Assembly (NCBI GenBank): GCA_001599295.1 | Contig: BCGN01000008.1 | Span: 310,001-374,000, forward strand | Reading direction: 5' to 3' | Source of the DNA: Sporopachydermia quercuum | Lineage: Eukaryota | DNA: 64,000 nucleotides | Part shown: piece by piece, positions 1 to 11,657 of the stretch | Position numbering within the stretch: position 1 is the first letter of the stretch | How the letters are laid out: each line of letters opens with the position of its first letter | The notes under the pieces: model-generated | Told to the model about the DNA's origin: nothing | Seen by the model: only the letters and a program-made list of their open reading frames with translations | The model's database searches: none | Position numbers and translations under genes: made by a program

Positions 1-32
1 ATTAGTAGCGAAGAAAACGATGACATTATAAT

Positions 33-540
33 TCACAATCTCACTCGAAATGAATATATAATACAATGTATAGATATATATGATAGATAGAAATCGAAAT
101 CTATAGAATTTACACTATTGAAGGTCGTTTGAAACAAGATGAGTTTCATTCGGCCCAGATCATATCGTAGCATTGAGAGATACTTCAGCTCCAATAAGTT
201 AGCTATATCCATCAAGATCTTTCACTTTTAGATAAGCAATGTAAATCTAACATATCCCAAATTCTTGAGTATTTCAACCAATCAATGTGTTTCTTAACAA
301 TATTATTATGAGGGATGATTAAGAGATGATGTTTCTCAATCGCTATAACCATCAATGATAAGATAAATCGGCAAAGTTCAGTATACGTGAATTCGATGAG
401 CACAATAAGCTCAAGAGTACCTTCGTTTCTTCACTTGACAACCTTTGTGAATCTCTACGGTTTACTACCAGAATAACTATTTCTGTCAACTTACGTAGCT
501 AAGCATGGAATTCAAGAGTTAGGATTCGCACAAACCCCAT
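33..540 (-). pseudogene. Possible degraded PHO85-cyclin (PCL)-like gene remnant
   Basis: Minus-strand fragments in different frames read FVRILT..EIVILVVNR, ELCRFILSLMVIA, WLKYSRIWDMLDL and NLLELKYLSMLRYDL, in cyclin-box order. They are interrupted by a TAG at 501-499 and by frameshifts. Similarity judged by eye only. Confidence 0.25.
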
Positions 541-1455
541 CATTGATTATTACAAGAAATAACTTGAAGTCGTTCCACTTTAAACTCCCGTCTCTACCCT
601 GACTCTCATAGACACTACTAGTCGAGTTGATTCATTACTACCGGACAGAATCACGTACTCATCAAGTCTCCTATGTTCTTTCTTTCTTCTCTTCCATTGT
701 GTTCATTCACTACGATGCCTCATTTATCGCTTGCATACTCTCAACACGTTGAAGAAGATAATGCGCTTTACGCTTCTGTATATACTTAAGATTTACAATA
801 GTTTTATCTGTAACATTTGCAATACAGTTTTAGTTCTTTATTAAGTTTTGAACTTATATTCAAGCTTAACCTAATATTAAGGTCTCGTTCCGGTATACCA
901 CAAAAAATCAAACCTTCACTACCTATCCTTATCAATCTGGTTAAGCTAAGGTACAGTTTTTTCAATATCTTTATTTTACTAACTTTAATTTAAGTTTGAA
1001 TTCTAACGGACGGTGAAGGAAACCCTGTTTATATCAATATGCGAGTTGAATATTCTACTTTCTACATCTCTTATAAACCACCGCTTCTACTATTTACTAC
1101 TTGGGGCATATATATCTTGGATTATCGGGATATCAACGAAGCAAGTGAATTATCAAATGAAAAATAGAAAGTTATAGTTGAAAATTTCGCTGTGAGAAAT
1201 GCTATAAAAAGAAATTAATATCCAAATAAAGTGAAAAAATATCTGACTGAATTGGGTAACTTTATAGATTTCTTATAATCTTTCATCCTGATTCTCAACA
1301 CTATAGTGAACTATCAGCAATACCTAACAGCAAATCGTACTCTCTCATCCCATACCTAGGTGGATTTATCATAGTCAGGCTGCGCTATACTGTACTGTAC
1401 AGCTGATAAATATCAAAATCAATTGTCAGATATATTGTCACAAGTTCTTCTCATC

Positions 1456-3054
1456 ATGTCGTCAACAGATCAGAAACCTATACCTGTTGATGTAGAGAAA
1501 ACTCTCTACGTAACCAGTGAGAACTCACTAAGTAATTCAGTTTCAAACTCAACACTAGAAAATGATTTTCTCGCTGCTGAAAATGTTGATTTGGTTGATT
1601 TAAATCATAAGGATAAAGTATTATCTGCCAAAATGTACCTAGTGAATAACGCTCTTGATGAGATTGGATTTACCTGGTATCACTTCAAAATCTTCTGTTT
1701 ATCAGGTATGGGATACGCTGTGGATTCTCAGTTAACAATGTTACAGAGTTTTACTTTAACAGCGGTGAAAAATGAATTTGGGGTTGCGTTTCCAGTATCC
1801 GGTATTATGTTATACTCAGGCTTATTAGTTGGTGCATTACTATGGGGTTTCAGTGCTGATATAATTGGTAGAAAGTTTGCATTTAATACTTCATTAATAT
1901 TTTCTGCTGTATTTGGTTTGATAGTTGGTGGTATGCCAAATTATGCTGGTTATTGTGTTATGGTTTTCTTGACTTCTGCCGGTTCCGGTGGTAATTTGGT
2001 TTTGGACACAGCCGTGTTCTTAGAATATTTACCATTTAAATATCACTGGTTAATGGTTTTCTATGCTTGCTGGTGGGGTATCGGTCAAACAATAGCCGTT
2101 CTTCTGACATGGCCTTTCTTGGCTAACTATTCTTGTGAAAGTGCTGAAAACTGTACTAAATCTAATAATATGGGTTGGAGATACACTTGGATTACAAATT
2201 GTGCCTTGGTGTTTGTTATTGCAATGGCGAGAATCACTGTCATCAAATTTGAGGAAACTCCCAAATTCTTAGTTGGTAAAGGTGAAGATGAAGAAATTGT
2301 TAGGATCTTACAAGGAGTTGCCGAAAAGTACAACCGTAAATGTTCATTGACTGTTGAAAGCTTAGTAAGATGTGGAGATACTAACAACAAAGATCTTGAG
2401 CATAATACTAGATCATTTTCTGGTATTAGGAAGATAATTAAGCATCATTTATCAATTTTATTTTCATCAAAAAAGGTAGCAAGATCAACGATTATGATTA
2501 TTGGTTCATGGACATTATTAGGTATTGCTTATCCTTTATATTATGTTTTCTTACCACAATATTTAGCATCAACGGGTGCAAAATTTGGAGAAAGCAGTAT
2601 ATCAATAACTTATAGAAATTTAACTATTACAAATTTCGTTAGTACTTTTGGCCCAATTATTGCTTCAGGACTATTATTCATACCAAAAGTTGGTCAAAGA
2701 GCTGTGATGGTTATAGGTGCATTGATTACTATGACATTTTTATTTGCTTATACAGCAGTTAGAAATCAAGCACAAAATGTTGGTTTTACCTCGGCCGTGA
2801 ACATTGCGTGCTATATATATTATGGTGTCTTGTATGCTTATACACCAGAAGTTTTACCTTCTGCTGCTAGAAATACTGGTAATTCTATTGCGATGGCTTC
2901 GACAAGATTAATGGGTTGCATGGCTACTATTATTGGTTATTATGCTGACACCACAACTTCAGTTCCAATTTACATATGCGCAGCTGTTTTCGGTGGTTGT
3001 GGTGTACTGGCTATCTTCTTACCCTTTGAACCTTCTGGAAAGAGAACTGTGTAA
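1456..3054 (+). CDS. MFS transporter (SV2/SVOP-like, sugar-porter-related fungal family), substrate unknown
   Basis: About 12 hydrophobic segments, MFS motif A (GFSADIIGRK), ETPKFL and YTPEVLPSAARNTG signatures. First ATG is at 1456; the track starts at a TTG at 1423. Confidence 0.9.
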   Translation: MSSTDQKPIPVDVEKTLYVTSENSLSNSVSNSTLENDFLAAENVDLVDLNHKDKVLSAKMYLVNNALDEIGFTWYHFKIFCLSGMGYAVDSQLTMLQSFTLTAVKNEFGVAFPVSGIMLYSGLLVGALLWGFSADIIGRKFAFNTSLIFSAVFGLIVGGMPNYAGYCVMVFLTSAGSGGNLVLDTAVFLEYLPFKYHWLMVFYACWWGIGQTIAVLLTWPFLANYSCESAENCTKSNNMGWRYTWITNCALVFVIAMARITVIKFEETPKFLVGKGEDEEIVRILQGVAEKYNRKCSLTVESLVRCGDTNNKDLEHNTRSFSGIRKIIKHHLSILFSSKKVARSTIMIIGSWTLLGIAYPLYYVFLPQYLASTGAKFGESSISITYRNLTITNFVSTFGPIIASGLLFIPKVGQRAVMVIGALITMTFLFAYTAVRNQAQNVGFTSAVNIACYIYYGVLYAYTPEVLPSAARNTGNSIAMASTRLMGCMATIIGYYADTTTSVPIYICAAVFGGCGVLAIFLPFEPSGKRTV

Positions 3055-4979
3055 AGATAGATAGTAGAAAGAAGCTTAAATTAAAATATTCATCACATTT
3101 CGCACTATCACCAGGTGTCATCTCTCTTTGTCGATAATGATGATGCTTGGTTTATTTACATTTTGTATAAATTTGTTCTATTCTGGTTGTTGTGTTTAGT
3201 TTTATTTTTATTCGTTGTTGTGTTTTTATTATAATCAATAGAAATGAATTCATTCATTCAGACTTCTTATGTTCGGTAGATACTTAGAGAATTTTCAAAA
3301 AGCTTATAACTGAAATTTTCTGATACACAGTGGGAATAAGCATCAAATTTCTCTATACTCATTGATCGCTTTATGAGCAAATTCTTTATTCAGAGCGTTG
3401 TGTAAGTAGCTCAAGCAACTTGAATTGTCAATGAAGCCATAAGATAGATGCAAGCAACGCAATGATTTGGAAACATTAATATCCTGTTCCCAATTTTCAG
3501 ATTAGAAATGAGCAGGTATCAATGATCTTTGAAACATTCAAGTACTATCACGAACTAGGAATAGTAAATATTCTGGCACACGAGTTCCAGGTGTTTTCTC
3601 TCAACTGATTGACACAGTAAACAATGAGGTATATTCACTGGTTCCGCTATGCATATAGTACTTTCACTATTATTAGATGAGATGCTCACTATCAAAAATT
3701 ACCTGATACAGTACTATTATAATTCATCTGTGTCTGATCCGCACACAGCAGGCTAATTTCGGACGAGTTGAATAACAATACAAGCAATTAGTGACTTGGC
3801 TTTTCAATTACGATACACCGATAAATACTTTTTCCTGATTTGTTATTAAACTTCGTATCTCATGCATTTCTTTAATTCTTCCTTGGATTCTAACTCGTCC
3901 TGCTTTGTCAAAGAAATTGCATTGTTCTTCTCAATTATTCATTTCGTAATTACTTTTATGGAAGTTAAGTTGAGCATAGAAATCATATCAGAACATAGCT
4001 GTACTAATTGGAACCAACATCCATGACCGGAAACTCAACAGTGGAACGAAGCAAATTGATGAGCAAAAGCTCATCAATTATGCTATCATGCTATCAACNG
4101 ATGGGAGTTAAGATACTATAAGATTTCAACTCATCAATGGAATGGCTGATAAGTAAATGAGGATTTGTAGCTCGGCCGAGAGGTATTAGAATTATATACT
4201 TAGCTGTCTCAGTTTAACGTTTGAGAATGAAAATAAGCTTTGCTTAAACTCTTTATCAAGTGAATGGTAGTAGAGGAAATGATAACGTCGAGGAAACATA
4301 CACTTCAACCTGGAAATTATCATAGAACTTTTGCTTTAATTATTAACCTGCGAAATTCTAGTATTCTAACAGTTTTTTTGTTCGAATAAGTTGTGTTTTA
4401 TTTTGATCTAGAATTAAAGGAAACCAGAATACACTTCGTGGCTTGGATTATGGTATCGATTAAGTTAGAGATTAGTACTAAACTTTGTTTGTTCTTCCTA
4501 AAAACCTCGTTTCAGAATTAAACTCAAACTTAAAGACAATTGACTTATTTAGATAAAACTCATCCGAACTAATTGTTTTCCAGAAATTATATCAATCTAT
4601 GAATATATTTCTTTAAACGGATTAATTATTCTATCCGCAGCTTAATAAAATATATATAAAGTAGACGTTATCGGTTACATCAAAAGGGGTAGAATCATCT
4701 AGACCGAATCGTCGCCTGCTATTCATTACTTGTAAAAGGTATCTAGAGAACTGACAATTCGACAGTAGGGGTAACATGGTATTGAAACGATAAATATAAA
4801 TAATGATTATTCTGCTTGAGCTGTCTTAAATTTAATTCACCAAAATAAATACAACATCTAAGGAAATATCCAGCAACTGATCAGGATTTGAGCTATTCTT
4901 GAAGCATCCAAACAACTATCAAGTCGCAACATTTACAATTTACAAAGCTTATAAACTCNCAAATTTGAAATAACTAAAA

Positions 4980-6053
4980 ATGGCTGCCACTGCTGTTGAT
5001 ACCAGGGTCGAGATTCCTGACTATAAGAAGTTTGATAATATTTCACTTCTTCCCAGTCAAAACAACGATACTTATAAATCAGTTGAGTTCAATCCTGATA
5101 TTCATTTGAACTACAAGGCTCATAGTANTAAAATTACAATGGAACAAATGGGCTACCCTTCTGATATTGGAATCAGTGAGATTGGTGGGAGTCTTCCTTT
5201 TCAATTGTTTACTAAGGAAGCAGTTGAAATCATGAGACAAGAAGTACTCCAAAAGGATATTATTGAAGCATATGGTTATGATAAAACCCCTGCTGGTAGA
5301 GACGACAATTTGGCATTTTCAGTAAGAGGATATACCCATAAAACTCCGTTTACCTATCAAGCATGGACTCATCCTTTAACAACTAAAGCAGTTAGTGACA
5401 TGGCGGGAGTGGAATTAGAAATTGTTATGGATTTTGAGGTAGCACATTGCAACATTGATTTACGTATTGATGAGGGCAAGGACGAGGAATCAACTAAATT
5501 GAAGGGTAAAGATGAAATGCCAGCAATTGTTGGTTGGCATAATGATTCTTATCCATTTGTGTGCGTCTTGATGTTATCTGATACTGAAAATATGGTTGGG
5601 GGTGAAACTTACGTCAAGAACTCCAATGGAGAAATTACAACTATTCCTGGTCCAAAGAAAGGTCATGCTTGTGTATTACAGGGCAGATATTTACTTCATT
5701 TGGCCCCCAGACCCGTTTACTACAAGGACAGATTTACTATGGTTACATCTTATCGTCCCAAGAAACCTTTTTTCAAGGACGAAACTGTTTTAACAACTGT
5801 TAGACCTGAAAACCAAAATCCTCCTTATCTTTACAGTGAGTTCTACACAGATTATGTTAAGTATAAAGTTGATTACTTATCTGAGCATTTAGACATAATT
5901 AAGAAAGAGGTTACTGAAAATTATGAGAGAGATCATAAATTTGAAAAATTTGAGACTATGAAGAAGATGCAATACGTTAGAAACGTCATTACAGCTATGT
6001 TAAAGGAAATGGTTGTCCCTGGTGAAGAGGAACAATATAAGGAATACATTTGA
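4980..6053 (+). CDS. Uncharacterised Fe(II)/2-oxoglutarate-dependent oxygenase-like protein
   Basis: 357 aa ORF with HxD in WHNDSYPFVCVLMLSD (His codon 5538), GGET strand motif, distal His (LLHLA, 5697) and a downstream Arg (DRFTMVTSYR, 5730), as in the double-stranded beta-helix fold. Confidence 0.75.
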   Translation: MAATAVDTRVEIPDYKKFDNISLLPSQNNDTYKSVEFNPDIHLNYKAHSXKITMEQMGYPSDIGISEIGGSLPFQLFTKEAVEIMRQEVLQKDIIEAYGYDKTPAGRDDNLAFSVRGYTHKTPFTYQAWTHPLTTKAVSDMAGVELEIVMDFEVAHCNIDLRIDEGKDEESTKLKGKDEMPAIVGWHNDSYPFVCVLMLSDTENMVGGETYVKNSNGEITTIPGPKKGHACVLQGRYLLHLAPRPVYYKDRFTMVTSYRPKKPFFKDETVLTTVRPENQNPPYLYSEFYTDYVKYKVDYLSEHLDIIKKEVTENYERDHKFEKFETMKKMQYVRNVITAMLKEMVVPGEEEQYKEYI

Positions 6054-6592
6054 AGGGGGAGAAGAAAAGAAAAGAAAAACCGGAGAGTAAGAACTGAATT
6101 TTATATAGTTGATCTTAAAATTTGATATTTTCATTGAAATTATATAGCTAATTAAAAAGAATATGCTCTAGTCTGTTATTTTGTCAGTAGTTTTAGAAGA
6201 AGATACTACTCAAAACATATTACTTTATCGCCAGTTTTATGAGTTAATTCAATAGAGTAACCAATATAGAAAAGAATGCTTTGCAACAATGCTTTAACTT
6301 CGCAAAGAAATATGTACTACCTGGTTATTTGTTGTGGTAATTTGAGTATTATCACAATTAAAAGTAGGATTTGAATACCACTTTTACTGATCATCCAAAA
6401 CTACCCAAGAAAATAGGTAGAATATTCTGCTACAATCAATCAAATGTTAATATGTTTAGAATTTGTATAAATAACCTCTTTCTATTAATAATCCTAACAC
6501 TCCCTTTATTCTTCCTTCCCATTCCCTTCCCTTCCATTTCCTGTATGAATAATTCTATGTAACTTCACCTATACGTTGATACTGTCGATTTC

Positions 6593-9232
6593 CTAGCTGT
6601 GATTCTCTAAACTAAACAACCTTTTAACTTCCANCGATGTCCATTCAGCATATTTGTAATATGAGTTTTCCTCAATAAAAGTTTTCAACTCTTTGTCTGA
6701 AAATAAATCAGATAGCTCCTCAAAATCATTATCAAAACTTATATCATAAAGGCCTCCTTTTTTCTTTCTTTTCTTCCCTAAGTTTTCATCGTCATCAGCA
6801 GTAACAGCAACATTATCATTGTCGTCATTGTTGTCCTCAATGTCATTATTCTCATCATCAGACTCGAATCTACTACCATTATTTTCTTTACTTCTTGATT
6901 TGCAGTTTTTCTTGGCTTTTGTTGATTTTTTATAAAATTCAGAAGTATCAGGATAGCTGTAATTTGTTAATGGTGTTTCTAATTCAATGACTGAATTACT
7001 GTTTAGTATAACATCCGTTAAAACAAGCTTTTCCCATGGAAAATTGTCAGTAGACAAATCCTCATTCGATACAATCGACCAAACTCGTTCTAGTAATCCA
7101 TTACACCTTGTTGCCAATATACAATTTATATCAAATCTTTTTATGCAATATTTCGCTATGCTAATATGGTCGATTAGCTGTTCAATGAATACAAAAGAGG
7201 ATGAATCTTTCGTAACAGCTGTACTTGATCTTAATCTCAACACTTCAAACGCTAATACGATTGAACAAGTAGCCATTGCTTCAATAATAACCTGCGAGAT
7301 TAAAAAAAAAGATGAAAATTCCCTTGAGCTAATGGTTGTTATAATATCTTTACTTAGTTGAATAGTGCTATCTTTCAATTCATAATAATCTGATTCCTCC
7401 TCATTATTTATCTTATTCATTTTAGTGCCATATTTAATTGATATTTCGTGGACATATATCTTCAAAAACTCAAACTTTAGTAGCACTCTCATATAAAGTA
7501 CTTGTTCTTGACTTAATAATGGTTGTAAATATTCAAACTTATCCCATAATGTGATAACATCATCTCTATAGTGATCAACTACTGACATTGATTCAACCTG
7601 TAAATACTCATCATTGTAATTGCTGATAGAATGTACTAATCTAATTTTATAAAGTCCAAATTGTAATCTCAGAAGCACAATGTTGTTGGAAACATTCATT
7701 TTTTTTAATTCCTCAACCGATTTTGTTTCAACATATTCATAAGGAATTGAAGTTTTGAAAGAATTGAAAGAAGAGATGAATCGTGGATGTTTATTATAGT
7801 TTCTAAGATCATGGCCAATCAACGTCCACCAGATTGCTTTATACGAGTTTAGTTTCTTATTTGGAATTCTGTGGCTATTATAAGTACTGTTCTGTTTCTT
7901 ATCACATGTTTCATTTCCACTATCATCTTCGATATCTTCCACCTCCACTTCATTATCGTCACCATAATCAGGGAGTTGATCGAGCTTTAGTGCTCTTGCA
8001 ATATTAATCATGACTCCTAACTGATTGTAGGAAACATTAGGACTCATAAACATATGACAAAAATTAGTCATTATGCAATAAATCTTCAAAGTTTCAATGG
8101 ATAAAAACCTTGCATACTGAATCTTATATAGACATTCAACTGCTGATCCTCTTAAAATAGTAGCTAAGTTTAATAAGAATTTGTAAGTAACTGGTAAGTT
8201 ACTAGCAATATCTTTCAAAGAGAAACTTATACCTGAACATAAGATCGCGTACCATAAAGCAGTAAATCTGAATATCTCTATAGGTCGATCAAAACTACTA
8301 ACATGTCTTTGCATATACCCTTGCTGACAGAACAAATTATAGTCTTTGATAAATTCTTTATAATCAATAATGCAAGAGATTAAAGGAATATGCTCAAAGG
8401 CCTTTGAAATCGTTAAATCACTAAGCTCTTTGGTGATTCTTTTCAAGAAATAGGGGGCTAGAAGTTCCCAAATTGTTCCTTCAGCATTATTTCCATTCAT
8501 AAAGGCACTCTTGACGAAATTGAATTTTTCACTGTTTAAGGTATTCCATAGAACATAATCGTGTTCGAATCTCTCTTGGAAAGAAGCAGTTATTGAATTG
8601 TCATCAGCAAGCGTTGTGATCAATCCTCTCCAAAGATTATGAGCCGAATGAATAATTAAATCTAACTCACATTTCCTGACTATTATAGAATGTGNTAATG
8701 GTCTGTTTTCATAAAGCTTCAATTTTTGTTTGAGAATTAATATTTCATTCTGTAGCTGTCGGTTGTCATTTTGTAGTTGAACAACATTTGACCTATCGTA
8801 ATACAATTCAGTCGATCTACCCTCTGTATTATCATTGATACAGCTAATACTTCTACTTCTACTCATCTCTTGACATCTGCTATTGATATTAAAATGACTA
8901 CTTGACAACTGGGAGTATAATGCTCTTGCAGCACTATTGGTAGTAGTGTGTTGGTAGTTGTACTGGGGACCAGTTTCGCTACTAGGTAGGTTACAGATAA
9001 GACCTTTGGCAATAACAATTTCTCGTGAGCAAAGATGACTGACACCCTTAGCGATACACTTGTCACAAGGGATCTGTTTGTTGCATTTGATTTTCTTCTT
9101 TTTACAAGAAACACAAGTTTTAGGAGGACGCTGTGTTGCCCGTAACGTGGTAAGAGGAATAGGGTGGGGTTTCGGATTAGGATTACTCATTGACCTTGGG
9201 ATATATTCAGATGTTGCAGTGATGCAGTCCAT
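6593..9232 (-). CDS. Zn(II)2Cys6 fungal transcription factor
   Basis: CVSCKKKKIKCNKQIPCDKCIAKGVSHLC binuclear cluster, coiled coil, middle homology region (WWTL..D), acidic C-terminus with KKRKKK. First ATG is at 9232. Confidence 0.9.
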   Translation of the reverse strand: MDCITATSEYIPRSMSNPNPKPHPIPLTTLRATQRPPKTCVSCKKKKIKCNKQIPCDKCIAKGVSHLCSREIVIAKGLICNLPSSETGPQYNYQHTTTNSAARALYSQLSSSHFNINSRCQEMSRSRSISCINDNTEGRSTELYYDRSNVVQLQNDNRQLQNEILILKQKLKLYENRPLXHSIIVRKCELDLIIHSAHNLWRGLITTLADDNSITASFQERFEHDYVLWNTLNSEKFNFVKSAFMNGNNAEGTIWELLAPYFLKRITKELSDLTISKAFEHIPLISCIIDYKEFIKDYNLFCQQGYMQRHVSSFDRPIEIFRFTALWYAILCSGISFSLKDIASNLPVTYKFLLNLATILRGSAVECLYKIQYARFLSIETLKIYCIMTNFCHMFMSPNVSYNQLGVMINIARALKLDQLPDYGDDNEVEVEDIEDDSGNETCDKKQNSTYNSHRIPNKKLNSYKAIWWTLIGHDLRNYNKHPRFISSFNSFKTSIPYEYVETKSVEELKKMNVSNNIVLLRLQFGLYKIRLVHSISNYNDEYLQVESMSVVDHYRDDVITLWDKFEYLQPLLSQEQVLYMRVLLKFEFLKIYVHEISIKYGTKMNKINNEEESDYYELKDSTIQLSKDIITTISSREFSSFFLISQVIIEAMATCSIVLAFEVLRLRSSTAVTKDSSSFVFIEQLIDHISIAKYCIKRFDINCILATRCNGLLERVWSIVSNEDLSTDNFPWEKLVLTDVILNSNSVIELETPLTNYSYPDTSEFYKKSTKAKKNCKSRSKENNGSRFESDDENNDIEDNNDDNDNVAVTADDDENLGKKRKKKGGLYDISFDNDFEELSDLFSDKELKTFIEENSYYKYAEWTSXEVKRLFSLENHS

Positions 9233-10770
9233 GTTGATCTCTTGCAATAAGTTGCTATATCACATAATAAAAAGCAATGTAATTCTGGTCGAATAGTAAC
9301 GATGTCTCAATGAAACTGCTGATAGTATATCCGCGAGAACTCATCAACCTCCGAAGTTCTAACTCTTGGACGGGTGCTCTTAGTCACAATCAAACAACCA
9401 CTGAATTTCAAATATCCTCTCGATGACCCCTCACTGATTGCTTCTGGCACAAGAAGAATGTACCCTTCTTATAATTAATCGAGCAGTATTATTAAGAGCT
9501 CAATAATTATTGATAATGATAGATAAATGATTTCGAGAGTCAATGACAAGATGGTAGGGTGCTCCAGGAAAACTCAACCTTTGCCGTTTAAGTTNGAAAA
9601 GTAGGTTAAAGTTTGTATGACTTTAGCATTTGAGTTATACCTTATTTTTATGTTGTAGCTTATCAGTAGTTTCGACCTGAAGATCCCATTAATTGGTAGA
9701 GCGGCACCTTAGAGTCAATACAACACTAACCAGGTAGCAAGATAGATGGAATAAAATTTACCGATTCTATTTTTTTTTTGAATAAATAAATTTTGGTCCC
9801 TTAATCTTATTCCAGGTACAGATGGAAACATTCAGACAATGTAACTTTTAGCTTTAACAATGTTCCATCACTTTAAACTTATTATCCATATTAGGCAAGA
9901 TTTTGACTCTCCGCTTAGTTAATTCGGTATCTAATACCTTATCTTCAACTGTATTTCGCCTCAAGGCATAAATTCTCTTAAAACTGACAACCGATCCGAT
10001 CAAATCCTGTATTTCTGCCAACTTTAGTCTTACGTTGCTTTGAACTGCGAGTCTGTTAAGGGTCTTCAGAATTGACGAAGTGTAAATTAGTATGATATAA
10101 ACTTGTCAGTTCGGTGATGCTTTTATATGCTGTTTTGAGTTGATATGGTGCATAGTCATTTGTTCATTAGACTAAAAGTAACCTATAGATTGTCGTAGAC
10201 TTTATTTGTAAGCTGTTCTAATGTACTATTTAATCGTCGATTCAATATACCGAATGAGCTTTGTATTACAAAAAAGACGACCTCGATGCCGGCAAATCTG
10301 GATGATGAGAAGGAAATTCAAAGACCATGGTCTTCTCCCTTCGTCAACTTATGCCTAACAGAAGATTTCAAACCTATAAAATAGTCCGTATAGTAAATTG
10401 TCTACTCGTCCTTTCGAGTCTCCTCAGGCACATTTAATATCAATCAAAACAAAAAATAAAATATATCTCATCATTCAATAATGTGAAAATGAAAAAACAG
10501 GGATAAACAAGAATTCTCTCAATCAATATCTCTTGCATCCTTTGATTTCACCGAGCACACTGAACGCTTCCATCCATCCTTCATATTTCCCATTCTTATC
10601 CTCCTTTCACTTCTGATCCAACCCTATTGATTAGTAGCTTCATCACAAAAATCACCTTTATTTCTTCCTGTCTTCTTATTCATCACTCCTACTTGACCTT
10701 CATACCCGTCTGATATCTCAATCTCTTCGAGTCACATGACGCTGAGTAGCACGGTCTAATTCTAATTTGT

Positions 10771-10800
10771 ATAACCGACGAATGCCATCGATAACCGAAA
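10771..10800 (+). promoter_or_regulatory. 10-bp-phased CCG array (Aro80/Zn2Cys6-type site)
   Basis: ATAACCGACG-AATGCCATCG-ATAACCGAAA, with CCG/CCA/CCG at 10775, 10785 and 10795, in the divergent TF/decarboxylase promoter. Confidence 0.4.
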
Positions 10801-11190
10801 CTTAAACTCAAAATAAAAAACCCATCAGACATTNCTCCTACTACAACTCTCTTTGAAATTATTGTGTCATGACAGCCACATTTAACATTACGAGATAATC
10901 ACAGAATATTCGAATATGACAACTGCAAGCTCATCAATGGATATTTATGTAACAACGTATAAGGAACCATTTTTCATGTCAAGTAAGCACTACCATNGAC
11001 AATACCGTCAATTACTCTTGGAGGTACCTCATATAAACACGATAACCCTTAATGTGAAGGATGTGTAACTCTATTAATTAACGACGTATCATTAAAATAG
11101 CTTAATTTTACTTCTGAAAGTAAATCTCCATTATATTATTTACACTTTAAAAGGGAATTCGAATGATCAATAATGATAACTCAATCAGAG

Positions 11191-11197
11191 TGAGTCA
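11191..11197. promoter_or_regulatory. Gcn4/AP-1-type site TGAGTCA
   Basis: Perfect consensus about 460 bp upstream of the decarboxylase ATG. Confidence 0.35.
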
Positions 11198-11657
11198 CCC
11201 AATAGCAAACAAGTCACCATTAGTTACTGAACGCTTGATCCCTAGTTTATATATAATCCGATTCAGCTACAATTGAGAAAACAATCCGTTCCTTATTCGT
11301 GGATTGTCATTGACCTTGACATTTTAATGAAACGGAAATTAAAAAAGTTATCGTTTGTAAACGGTNAGTGAAATCCATTCGTTGTATATAAGGGTGAGCT
11401 TTTGTCTTCATGAATTCTTTTTTACAGTCTTCTCCTTGTTTTATATTTTAATCTAAGAGAGAAATACTGTTTGTTTAGTATACTAAATAAGTACACAGGA
11501 TGTATGATTAGAAACTAGACGATAGCTATTGAGTATTAAATAATCTATTTGACTGAAATAGTTTCTATCGTGTTCGCTGATATAATACAAGTAGTTTACT
11601 CATTCTTGCAATGTCATATAGCAGACATATCTACCATCAAAGGAAATAATAACAACA

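Noticed and set aside
200..11600. GATAA/GATAAG sites as proof of nitrogen catabolite repression of the cluster
   Set aside because: They are present (e.g. 928, 4148, 9659, 9938, 10595), but I cannot show enrichment over background by eye.
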